From assembly GCF_964355755.1 (NCBI RefSeq), contig NW_027306095.1:503001-567000 (forward strand): DNA of 64,000 bases. Direction: 5' to 3'. Below are positions 1 to 12,414 of the stretch, piece after piece; the stretch's first letter is position 1, and each line of letters begins with the position of its first letter. A program made the position numbers and the translations under genes. The notes beneath the pieces are model-generated. The model ran no database searches, was not told the DNA's origin, and worked only from the letters and a program-made list of their open reading frames with translations. Source of the DNA: Antedon mediterranea. Lineage: Eukaryota; Animalia; Echinodermata.

Positions 1-3000
1 GCTTCAAATCGCATTTAGAGACGTTTTAGACCATTTTGTGCATTTCGATGAAACTTTTCACACAAAAACATCAAAGTGCACAAAATAGCTTCAAATCGCA
101 TTTGCAGACGTTTTAGACCATTTTGTGCATTTCGATGAAACTTTTCACACAAAAACGACAAAGTGCACAAAATATCTTCAAATCGCATTTGGAGACGTTT
201 TAGACCATTTTGAGCATTTCGATGAAACTTTTCACACAAAAACGACAAAGTGCACAAAATTGCTTCAAATCGCATTTAGAGACGTTTTAGACCATTTTGT
301 GCATTTCGAAAAAACTTTTCACACAAATTCGACAAAGTGCACAAAATAGCTTCAAATTGCATTTGCAGACGTTTTAGACCATTTTGTGCATTTCGATGAA
401 ACTTTTCACACAAAAACATCAAAGTGCACAAAATTGCTTCAAATCGCATTTGGAGACGTTTTAGACCATTTTGAGCATTTCGATGAAACTTTTCACACAA
501 AAACGACAAAGTGCACAAAATAGCTTTAAATCGCATTTAGAGACGTTTTAGACCATTTTGTGCATTTCGATGAAACTTTTCACACAAAAACATCAAAGTG
601 CACAAAATAGCTTCAAATCGCATTTGGAGACGTTTTAGACCATGTTGTGCATTTCGAAAAAACTTGATTACACAAAAATATCAAAGTGCTTAAAATCACA
701 TTTGAAACCGTTTTAGACAATTTTGAGCATTTCGATAAAACTTTTCACACAAAACATTAAAGTGCACAAAATAGCAAACTTTTTACACAAAACATCAAAG
801 TGCACAAAAGAGCTCCAAATCGCATTGGGAGACGTTTTAGACCATTTTGTGCATTTCGAAAAAACTTTTCACTCAAAAACATCAAAGTGCATACAAGAGC
901 TTAATATCGTATTTGGAGACGTTTTAGACAATTTTGTGCATTTCGATGAAACTTTTCACACAAAAACATCAAAGTGCACAAAATAGCTTCAAATCGCATT
1001 TGCAGACGTTTTAAACCATTTTGTGCATTTCGATGAAACTTGATTACACAAAAACATCAAAGTGCTTAAAATCTCATTTGAAACCGTTTTAGACCATTTT
1101 GAGAATTTCGATAAAACTTTTCACACAAAACATTAAAGTGCACAAAATAGCTTTAAATCGCATTTGCAGACGTTTTAGACCATTTTGTGCATTTTGATGA
1201 AACTTGATTACACAAAAATATCAAAGTGCTTAAAATCACATTTGAAACCGTTTTAGACCATTTTGAGCATTTCGATAAAACTTTTCACACAAAACATCAA
1301 AGTGCACAAAATAACTTCAAATCGCAATTGGAGACGTTTTAGACCATTTTGTGCATTTCGAAAAAACTTTTCACACAAAAACGACAAAGTGCACAAAATA
1401 GCTTCAAATCGCATTTTCAGACGTTTTAGACCATTTTGTGCATTTCGATGAAACTTTTCACACAAAAACATCAAAGTGCACAAAATTGCTTCAAATCGCA
1501 TTTGGAGACTTTTTAGACCATTTTGAGCATTTCGATGAAACTTTTCACACAAAAACGACAAAGTGCACAAAATAGCTTCAAATCGCATTTAGAGACGTTT
1601 TAGACCATTTTGTGCATTTCGATGAAACTTTTCACAAAAAAACATCAAAGTGCACAAAATAGCTTCAAATCGCATTTAGAGACGTTTTAGACCATTTTGT
1701 GCATTTCGATGAAACTTTTCACACAAAAACATCAAAGTGCACAAAATAGCTTCAAATCGCATTTAGAGACGTTTTAGACCATTTTGTGCATTTCGATGAA
1801 ACTTTTCACAAAAAAACATCAAAGTGCACAAAATAGCTTCAAATCGCATTTGGAGACGTTTTAGACCATTTTGAGCATTTCGATGAAACTTGATTACACA
1901 AAAATATCAAAGTGCTTAAAATCACATTTGAAACCGTTTTAGACCATTTTGAGCATTTCGATAAAACTTTTCACACAAAACATCAAAGTGCACAAAATAA
2001 CTTCAAATCGCATTTGGAGACGTTTTAGACCATTTTGTGCATTTCGAATAAACTTTTCACACAAAAACATCAAAGTGCACAAAATAGCTTCAAATCGCAT
2101 TTGGAGACGTTTTAGACCATGTTGTGCATTTCGAAAAAACTTGATTACACAAAAATATCAAAGTGCTTAAAATCACATTTGAAACCGTTTTAGACAATTT
2201 TGAGCATTTCGATAAAACTTTTCACACAAAACATTAAAGTGCACAAAATAGCAAACTTTTTACACAAAACATCAAAGTGCACAAAAGAGCTCCAAATCGC
2301 ATTTGGAGACGTTTTAGACCATTTTGTTCATTTCGAAAAAACTTTTCACTCAAAAACATCAAAGTGCATACAATAGCTTAATATCGTATTTGGAGACGTT
2401 TTAGACAATTTTGTGCATTTCGATGAAACTTTTCACACAAAAACATCAAAGTGCACAAAATAGCTTCAAATCGCATTTGCAGACGTTTTAAACCATTTAG
2501 TGCATTTCGATGAAACTTGATTACACAAAAACATCAAAGTGCTTAAAATCACATTTGAAACCGTTTTAGACCATTTTGAGAATTTCGATAAAACTTTTCA
2601 CACAAAACATTAAAGTGCACAAAATAGCTTTAAATCGCATTTGCAGACGTTTTAGACCATTTTGTGCATTTCGATGAAACTTGATTACACAAAAATATCA
2701 AAGTGCTTAAAATCACATTTGAAACCGTTTTAGACCATTTTGAGCATTTCGATAAAACTTTTCACACAAAACATCAAAGTGCACAAAATAACTTCAAATC
2801 GCAATTGGAGACGTTTTAGACCATTTTGTGCATTTCGATGAAACTTTTCACACAAAAACGACAAAGTGCACAAAATAGCTTCAAATCGCATTTAGAGACG
2901 TTTTAGACAAGTTTATACATTTCGATGAAACTGGATTACACAAAACATCAAAGTGCACAAAATTGCTTCAAATCGCATTTGGAGACGTTTTAGACCATTT

Positions 3001-5451
3001 TGTGCATTTCGAAAAAACTTTTCACACAAATTCGACAAAGTGCACAAAATAGCTTCAAATTGCATTTGCAGACGTTTTAGACCATTTTGTGCATTTCGAT
3101 GAAACTTTTCACACAAAAACATCAAAGTGCACAAAATTGCTTCAAATCGCATTTGGAGACGTTTTAGACCATTTTGAGCATTTCGATGAAACTTTTCACA
3201 CAAAAACGACAAAGTTCACAAAATAGCTTCAAATCGCATTTAGAGACGTTTTAGACAATTTTGTGCCTTTCGATGAAACTTTTCACAAAAAAACATCAAA
3301 GTGCACAAAATAGCTTCAAATCGCATTTGCAGACGTTTTAGACCATTTTGTGCATTTCGATGAAACTTTTCACACAAAAACATCAAAGTGCACAAAATTG
3401 CTTCAAATCGCATTTGGAGACGTTTTAGACCATTTTGAGCATTTCGATGAAACTTTTCACACAAAAACGACAAAGTGCACAAAATAGCTTCAAATCGCAT
3501 TTAGAGACGTTTTAGACCATTTTGTGCATTTCGATGAAACTTTTCACAAAAAAACATCAAAGTGCACAAAATAGCTTCAAATCGCATTTAGAGACGTTTT
3601 AGACCATTTTGTGCATTTCGATGAAACTTTTCACACAAAAACATCAAAGTGCACAAAATAGCTTCAAATCGCATTTAGAGACGTTTTAGACCATTTTGTG
3701 CATTTCGATGAAACTTTTCACACAAAAACATCAAAGTGCACAAAATAGCTTCAAATCGCATTTGGAGACGTTTTAGACCATGTTGTGCATTTCGAAAAAA
3801 CTTGATTACACAAAAACATCAAAGTGCTTAAAATCACATTTGAAACCGTTTTAGACCATTTTGAGAATTTCGATAAAACTTTTACACAAAACATTAAAGT
3901 GCACAAAATAGCTTTAAATCGCATTTGCAGACGTTTTAGACCATTTTGTGCATTTCGATGAAACTGGATTACACAAAACATCAAAGTGCACAAAATTGCT
4001 TCAAATCGCATTTGGAGACGTTTTAGACCATTTTGTGCATTTCGAAAAAACTTTTCACACAAAAACGACAAAGTGCACAAAATAGCTTCAAATCACATTT
4101 GAAACCGTTTTAGACCATTTTGAGAATTTCGATAAAACTTTTACACAAAACATTAAAGTGCACAAAATAGCTTTAAATCGCATTTGCAGACGTTTTAGAC
4201 CATTTTGTGCATTTCGATGAAACTTGATTACACAAAAATATCAAAGTGCTTAAAATCACATTTGAAACCGTTTTAGACCATTTTGAGCATTTCGATAAAA
4301 CTTTTCACACAAAACATCAAAGTGCACAAAATAACTTCAAATCGCAATTGGAGACGTTTTAGACCATTTTGTGCATTTCGATGAAACTTTTCACACAAAA
4401 ACGACAAAGTGCACAAAATAGCTTCAAATCGCATTTAGAGACGTTTTAGACAATTTTGTACATTTCGATGAAACTGGATTACACAAAACATCAAAGTGCA
4501 CAAAATTGCTTCAAATCGCATTTGGAGACGTTTTAGACCATTTTGTGCATTTCGAAAAAACTTTTCACACAAAAACGACAAAGTGCACAAAATAGCTTCA
4601 AATCGCATTTGAAGACGTTTTAGACCATTTTGTGCATTTCGATGAAACTTTTCACACAAAAACATCAAAGTGCACAAAATTGCTTCAAATCGCATTTGGA
4701 GACGTTTTAGACAATTTTGTGCCTTTCGATGAAACTTTTCACACAAAAACGACAAAGTGCACAAAATAGCTTCAAATCGCATTTGCAGACGTTTTAGACC
4801 ATTTTGTGCATTTCGATGAAACTTTTCACACAAAAACATCAAAGTGCACAAAATTGCTTCAAATCGCATTTGGAGACGTTTTAGACCATTTTTAGCATTT
4901 CGATGAAACTTTTCACACAAAAACGACAAAGTCCACAAAATAGCTTCAAATCGCATTTAGAGACGTTTTAGACCATTTTGTGCATTTCGATGAAACTTTT
5001 CACAAAAAAACATCAAAGTGCACAAAATAGCTTCAAATCGCATTTAGAGACGTTTTAGACCAATTTGTGCATTTCGATGAAACTTTTCACACAAAAACAT
5101 CAAAGTGCACAAAATAGCTTCAAATCGCATTTAGAGACGTTTTAGACCATTTTGTGCATTTCGATGAAACTTTTCAGAAAAAAACATCAAAGTGCACAAA
5201 ATAGCTTCAAATCGCATTTGGAGACGTTTTAGACCATTTTGAGCATTTCGATGAACCTTTTCACACAAAAACGACAAAGTGCACAAAATAGCTTCAAATC
5301 GCATTTAGAGACGTTTTAGACCATTTTGTGCATTTCGATGAAACTTTTCACACAAAAACATCAAAGTGCACAAAATAGCTTCAAATCGCATTTAGAGACG
5401 TTTTAGACCATTTTGTGCATTTCGATGAAACTTTTCACACAAAACATTAAA
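1..5451 (-). repeat. 87-bp satellite tandem array, left arm (reverse orientation relative to the rest of the window); runs off the left edge
   Basis: Continuous copies of the reverse complement of the monomer (gcttcaaatcgcatttagagacgttttagaccattttgtgcatttcgatgaaacttttcacac...). The 29-aa pseudo-repeat MRFEAILCTL... appears only on the minus strand here. Confidence 0.98.
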
Positions 5452-5463
5452 CTTTGATGTTTT
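5441..5463. other. Strand-switch (inversion) junction of the satellite array
   Basis: ...cacacAAAACATTAAA-C-TTTGATGTTTT...: the reverse-orientation monomer ends at 5451 and the forward one begins at 5452; symmetry centre at C5452. Confidence 0.95.
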
Positions 5464-7274
5464 TTTGTGAAAAGTTTCAACAAAATGCACAAAATGGTCT
5501 AAAACGTCTCTAAATGCGATTTGAAGCTATTTTGTGCACTTTGATGTTTTTTTGTGAAAAGTTTCATCGAAATGCACAAAATGGTCTAAAACGTCTCTAA
5601 ATGCGATTTGAAGCTATTTTGTGCACTTTGTCGTTTTTGTGTGAAAAGTTTCATCGAAATGCTCAAAATGGTCTAAAACGTCTCCAAATGCGATTTGAAG
5701 CAATTTTGTGCAATTTGATGTTTTTGTGTGAAAAGTTTCATCGAAATGCACAAAATGGTCTAAAACGTCTCCAAATGCGATTTGAAGCTATTTTGTGCAC
5801 TTTGATGTTTTTTTGTGAAAAGTTTCATCGAAATGCACAAAATTGTCTAAAACGTCTCTAAATCCGATTTGAAGCTATTTTGTGCACTTTGTCGTTTTTG
5901 TGTGAAAAGTTTCATCGAAATGCTCAAAATGGTCTAAAACGTCTCCAAATGCGATTTGAAGCAATTTTGTGCACTTTGATGTTTTTGTGTGAAAAGTTTC
6001 ATCGAAATGCACAAAATGGTCTAAAACGTCTGCAAAAGCGATTTGAAGCTATTTTGTGCACTTTGTCGTTTTTGTGTGAAAAGTTTTTTCGAAATGCACA
6101 AAATGGTCTAAAACGTCTCCAATTGCGATTTGAAGTTATTTTGTGCACTTTGGTGTTTTGTGTGAAAAGTTTTATCGAAATGCTCAAAATCGTCTAAAAC
6201 GGTTTCAAATGTGATTTTAAGCACTTTGATATTTTTGTGTAATCAAGTTTCATCGAAATGCACAAAATGGTCTAAAACGTCTGCAAATGCGATTTAAAGC
6301 TATTTTGTGCACTTTAATGTTTTGTGTGAAAAGTTTTATCGAAATTCTCAAAATGGTCTAAAACGGTTTCAAATGTGATTTTAAGCACTTTGAGGTTTTT
6401 GTGTAATCAAGTTTCATCGAAATGCACAAAATGGTTTAAAACGTCTGCAAATGCGATTTGAAGCTATTTTGTGCACTTTGATGTTTTTGTGTGAAAAGTT
6501 TCATCGAAATGCACAAAATTGTCTAAAACGTCTCCAAATACGATATTAAGCTATTGTATGCACTTTGATGTTTTTGAGTGAAAAGTTTTTTCGAAATGCA
6601 CAAAATGGTCTAAAACGTCTCCCAATGCGATTTGGAGCTCTTTTGTGCACTTTGATGTTTTGTGTAAAAAGTTTGCTATTTTGTGCACTTTAATGTTTTG
6701 TGTGAAAAGTTTTATCGAAATGCTCAAAATTGTCTAAAACGGTTTCAAATGTGATTTTAAGCACTTTGATATTTTTGTGTAATCAAGTTTTTTCGAAATG
6801 CACAACATGGCCTAAAACGTCTCCAAATGCGATTTGAAGCTATTTTGTGCACTTTGATGTTTTTGTGTGAAAAGTTTCATCGAAATACACAAAATGGTCT
6901 AAAACGTCTCTAAATGCGATTTGAAGCTATTTTGTGCACTTTGATGTTTTTGTGTGAAAAGTTTCATCGAAATGCACAAAATGGTCTAAAACGTCTCTAA
7001 ATGCGATTTCAAGCTATTTTGTGCACTTTGATGTTTTTGTGTGAAAAGTTTCATCGAAATGCACAAAATTGTCTTAAACGTCTCCAAATACGATATTAAG
7101 CTATTGTATGCACTTTGTTGTTTTTGAGTGAAAAGTTTTTTCGAAATGCACAAAATTGTCTAAAACGTCCCCAAATGCGATTTGGAGCTCTTTTGTGCAC
7201 TTTGATGTTTTGTGTAAAAAGTTTGCTATTTTGTGCACTTTAATGTTTTGTGTGAAAAGTTTTATCGAAATGCT

Positions 7275-9385
7275 CAAAATTGTCTAAAACGGTTTCAAAT
7301 GTGATTTTAAGCACTTTGATATTTTTGTGTAATCAAGTTTTTTCGAAATGCACAACATGGTCTAAAACGTCTCCAAATGCGATTTGAAGCTATTTTGTGC
7401 ACTTTGATGTTTTTGTGTGAAAAGTTTCATCGAAATGCACAAAATGGTCTAAAACGTCTCTAAATGCGATTTGAAGCTATTTTGTGCACTTTGTCGTTTT
7501 TGTGTGAAAAGTTTTTTCGAAATGCACAAAATGGTCTAAAACGTCTCCAATTGCGATTTGAAGTTATTTTGTGCACTTTGATGTTTTGTGTGAAAAGTTT
7601 TATCGAAATGCTCAAAATGGTCTAAAACGGTTTCAAATGTGATTTTAAGCACTTTGATGTTTTTGTGTAATCAAGTTTCATCGAAATGCACAAAATGGTT
7701 TAAAACGTCTGCAAATGCGATTTGAAGCTATTTTGTGCACTTTGATGTTTTTGTGTGAAAAGTTTCATCGAAATGCACAAAATTGTCTAAAACGTCTCCA
7801 AATTCGATATTAAGCTATTATATGCACTTTGATGTTTTTGAGTGAAAAGTTTTTTCGAAATGCACAAAATGTTCTAAAACGTCTCCAAATGCCATTTGGA
7901 GCTCTTTTGTGCACTTTAATTTTTTTTGTGTAAAAGTTTTCTATTTTGTGCACTTTTAATGTTTTGTGTGAAAAGTTTTATCGAAATGCTCAAAATTGTC
8001 TAAAACGGTTTCAAATGTGATTTTAAGCACTTTGATATTTTTGTGTAATCAAGTTTTTTCGAAATGCACAACATGGTCTAAAACGTCTCCAAATGCGATT
8101 TGAAGCTATTTTGTGCACTTTGATGTTTTTTTGTGAAAAGTTTCATCGAAATGCACAAAATGGTCTAAAACGTCTGCAAATGCGATTTGAAGCTATTTTA
8201 TGCACTTTGATGTTTTTTTGTGAAAAGTTTCATCGAAAGGCACAAAATTGTCTAAAACGTCTCTAAATGCGATTTGAAGCTATTTTGTGCACTTTGTCGT
8301 TTTTGTGTGAAAAGTTTCATCGAAATGCTCAAAATTGTCTAAAACGGTTTCAAATGTGATTTTAAGCACTTTGATATTTTTGTGTAATCAAGTTTTTTCG
8401 AAATGCACAACATGGTCTAAAACGTCTCCAAATGCGATTTGAAGCTATTTTGTGCACTTTGATGTTTTTGTGTGAAAAGTTTCATCGAAATGCACAAAAT
8501 GGTCTAAAACGTCTCTAAATGCGATTTGAAGCTATTTTGTGCACTTTGTCGTTTTTGTGTGAAAAGTTTTTTCGAAATGCACAAAATGGTCTAAAACGTC
8601 TCCAATTGCGATTTGAAGTTATTTTGTGCACTTTGATGTTTTGTGTGAAAAGTTTTATCGAAATGCTCAAAATGGTCTAAAACGGTTTCAAATGTGATTT
8701 TAAGCACTTTGATGTTTTTGTGTAATCAAGTTTCATCGAAATGCACAAAATGGTTTAAAACGTCTGCAAATGCGATTTGAAGCTATTTTGTGCACTTTGA
8801 TGTTTTTGTGTGAAAAGTTTCATCGAAATGCACAAAATTGTCTAAAACGTCTCCAAATTCGATATTAAGCTATTATATGCACTTTGATGTTTTTGAGTGA
8901 AAAGTTTTTTCGAAATGCACAAAATGTTCTAAAACGTCTCCAAATGCCATTTGGAGCTCTTTTGTGCACTTTAATTTTTTTGGTGTAAAAGTTTTCTATT
9001 TTGTGCACTTTTAATGTTTTGTGTGAAAAGTTTTATCGAAATGCTCAAAATTGTCTAAAACGGTTTCAAATGTGATTTTAAGCACTTTGATATTTTTGTG
9101 TAATCAAGTTTTTTCGAAATGCACAACATGGTCTAAAACGTCTCCAAATGCGATTTGAAGCTATTTTGTGCACTTTGATGTTTTTTTGTGAAAAGTTTCA
9201 TCGAAATGCACAAAATGGTCTAAAACGTCTGCAAATGCGATTTGAAGCTATTTTATGCACTTTGATGTTTTTTTGTGAAAAGTTTCATCGAAAGGCACAA
9301 AATTGTCTAAAACGTCTCTAAATGCGATTTGAAGCTATTTTGTGCACTTTGTCGTTTTTGTGTGAAAAGTTTCATCGAAATGCTC
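7275..9385 (+). repeat. Local 1055-bp tandem duplication
   Basis: Rare variants aattcgatat (7801/8856) and gccatttgga (7891/8946) recur at an offset of exactly 1055; gttctaaaac, cacttttaat and gaaaggcac also recur. Confidence 0.85.
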
Positions 9386-11188
9386 AAAATGGTCTAAAAC
9401 GTCTCCAAATGCGATTTGAAGCAATTTTGTGCACTTTGATGTTTTTGTGTGAAAAGTTTCATCGAAATGCACAAAATGGTCTAAAACGTCTGCAAATGCG
9501 ATTTGAAGCTATTTTGTGCACTTTGTCGTTTTTGTGTGAAAAGTTTTTTTGAAATGCACAAAATGGTTGGTCTAAAACGTCTCCAAATGCGATTTGAAGC
9601 AATTTTGTGCACTTTGATGTTTTGTGTAATCCAGTTTCATCGCAATGTACAAAATTGTCTAAAACGTCTCTAAATGCGATTTGAAGCTATTTTGTGCACC
9701 TTGTCGTTTTTGTGTGAAAAGTTTCATCGAAATGCACAAAATGGTCTAAAACGTCTCCAATTGCGATTTGAAGTTATTTTGTGCACTTTGATGTTTTGTG
9801 TGAAAAGTTTTATCGAAATGCTCAAAATGGTCTAAAACGGTTTCAAATGTGATTTTAAGCACTTTGATATTTTTGTGTAATCAAGTTTCATCGAAATTCA
9901 CAAAATGGTCTAAAACGTCTGCAAATGCGATTTAAAGCTATTTTGTGCACTTTAATGTTTTGTGTGAAAAGTTTTATCGAAATTCTCAAAATGGTCTAAA
10001 ACGGTTTCAAATGTGATTTTAAGCACTTTGATGTTTTTGTGTAATCAAGTTTCATCGAAATGCACTAAATGGTTTAAAACGTCTGCAATTGCGATTTGAA
10101 GCTATTTTGTGCACTTTGATGTTTTTGTGTGAAAAGTTTCATCGAAATGCCCAAAATTGTCTAAAACGTCTCCAAATACGATATTAAGCTATTGTATGCA
10201 CTTTGATGTTTTTGAGTGAAAAGTTTTTTCGAAATGCACAAAATGGTCTAAAACGTCTCCAAATGCGATTTGGAGCTCTTTTGTGCACTTTGATGTTTTG
10301 TGTAAAAAGTTTGCTATTTTGTGCACTTTAATGTTTTGTGTGAAAAGTTTTTTCGAAATGCTCAAAATTGTCTAAAACGGTTTCAAATGTGATTTTAAGC
10401 ACTTTGATATTTTTGTGTAATCAAGTTTTTTCGAAACGCACAACATGGTCTAAAACGTCTCTAAATGCGATTTGAAGCTATTTTGTGCACTTTGATGTTT
10501 TTTTGTGAAAAGTTTCATCGAAATGCACAAAATGGTCTAAAACGTCTCTAAATGCGATTTGAAGCTATTTTGTGAACTTTGATGTTTTTGTGTGAAATGT
10601 TTCATCGAAATGCTCAAAATGGTCTAAAACGTCTCCAAATGCGATTTGAAGCAATTTTGTGCAATTTGATGTTTTTGTGTGAAAAGTTTCATCGAAATGC
10701 ACAAAATGGTCTAAAACGTCTGCAAATGCGATTTGAAGCTATTTTGTGCACTTTGATGTTTTTGTGTGAAAAGTTTCATCGAAATGCACAAAATTGTCTA
10801 AAACGTCTCCAAATACGATATTAAGCTATTGTATGCACTTTGATGTTTTTGAGTGAAAAGTTTTTTCGAAATGCACAAAATGGTCTAAAACGTCTCCAAA
10901 TGCGATTTGGAGCTCTTTTGTGCACTTTGATGTTTTGTGTAAAAAGTTTGCTATTTTGTGCACTTTAATGTTTTGTGTGAAAAGTTTTATCGAAATGCTC
11001 AAAATTGTCTAAAACGGTTTCAAATGTGATTTTAAGCACTTTGATATTTTTGTGTAATCAAGTTTTTTCGAAACGCACAACATGGTCTAAAACGTCTCTA
11101 AATGCGATTTGAAGCTATTTTGTGCACTTTGATGTTTTTTTGTGAAAAGTTTCATCGAAATGCACAAAATGGTCTAAAACGTCTCTAA

Positions 11189-11449
11189 ATGCGATTTGAA
11201 GCTATTTTGTGCACTTTGTCGTTTTTGTGTGAAAAGTTTCATCGAAATGCTCAAAATGGTCTAAAACGTCTCCAAATGCGATTTGAAGCAATTTTGTGCA
11301 ATTTGATGTTTTTGTGTGAAAAGTTTCATCGAAATGCACAAAATGGTCTAAAACGTCTGCAAATGCGATTTGAAGCTATTTTGTGCACTTTGATGTTTTT
11401 TTGTGAAAAGTTTCATCGAAATGCACAAAATTGTCTAAAACGTCTCTAA
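11189..11449 (+). repeat. 261-bp trimer of 87-bp variants (gtcg/gctc/ctcca - gcaatt/ctgca - T7/aattg/ctcta), representative copy
   Basis: The same ordered trio recurs (5601, 12937, 25376, 30385, 38158, 43331, 47258, 51162, 60052) and produces the repeated 86-aa pseudo-ORFs. Confidence 0.8.
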
Positions 11450-11710
11450 ATGCGATTTGAAGCTATTTTGTGCACTTTGTCGTTTTTGTGTGAAAAGTTT
11501 CATCGAAATGCTCAAAATGGTCTAAAACGTCTCCAAATGCGATTTGAAGCAATTTTGTGCACTTTGATGTTTTTGTGTGAAAAGTTTCATCGAAATGCAC
11601 AAAATGGTCTAAAACGTCTGCAAATGCGATTTGAAGCTATTTTGTGCACTTTGTCGTTTTTGTGTGAAAAGTTTTTTCGAAATGCACAAAATGGTCTAAA
11701 ACGTCTCCAA

Positions 11711-12414
11711 TTGCGATTTGAAGTTATTTTGTGCACTTTGATGTTTTGTGTGAAAAGTTTTATCGAAATGCTCAAAATGGTCTAAAACGGTTTCAAATGT
11801 GATTTTAAGCACTTTGATATTTTTGTGTAATCAAGTTTCATCGAAATGCACAAAATGGTCTAAAACGTCTGCAAATGCGATTTAAAGCTATTTTGTGCAC
11901 TTTAATGTTTTGTGTGAAAAGTTTTATCAAAATTCTCAAAATGGTCTAAAACGGTTTCAAATGTGATTTTAAGCACTTTGATGTTTTTGTGTAATCAAGT
12001 TTCATCGAAATGCACTAAATGGTTTAAAACGTCTGCAAATGCGATTTGAAGCTATTTTGTGCACTTTGAAGTTTTTGTGTGAAAAGTTTCATCGAAATGC
12101 ACAAAATTGTCTAAAACGTCTCCAAATACGATATTAAGCTATTGTATGCACTTTGATGTTTTTGAGTGAAAAGTTTTTTCGAAATGCACAAAAGGGTCTA
12201 AAACGTCTCCAAATGCGATTTGGAGCTCTTTTGTGCACTTTGATGTTTTGTGTAAAAAGTTTGCTATTTTGTGCACTTTAATGTTTTGTGTGAAAAGTTT
12301 TATCGAAATGCTCAAAATTGTCTAAAACGGTTTCAAATGTGATTTTAAGCACTTTGATATTTTTGTGTAATCAAGTTTTTTCGAAATGCACAACATGGTC
12401 TAAAACGTCTCCAA
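11711..12414 (+). repeat. 704-bp higher-order module of 8 monomers (86+78+86+78+87+87+124+78), representative copy
   Basis: Ordered diagnostic variants gaagttatt / atgtgattttaagcac..gtaatcaag / tttaaagct..aattctc / ggtttaaaa / aattgtct / atacgatattaag..gagtg / ggagctc..aaagtttgct / caacatgg. Lengths sum to 704 and match the coordinates. Recurs whole or truncated about 40 times on both arms. Confidence 0.9.

Noticed and set aside
5401-5500. Inversion as a sequencing fold-back chimera
   Set aside because: The arms differ in variant order from the first monomers outward, unlike a read folding back on itself. A contig mis-join cannot be excluded without reads.
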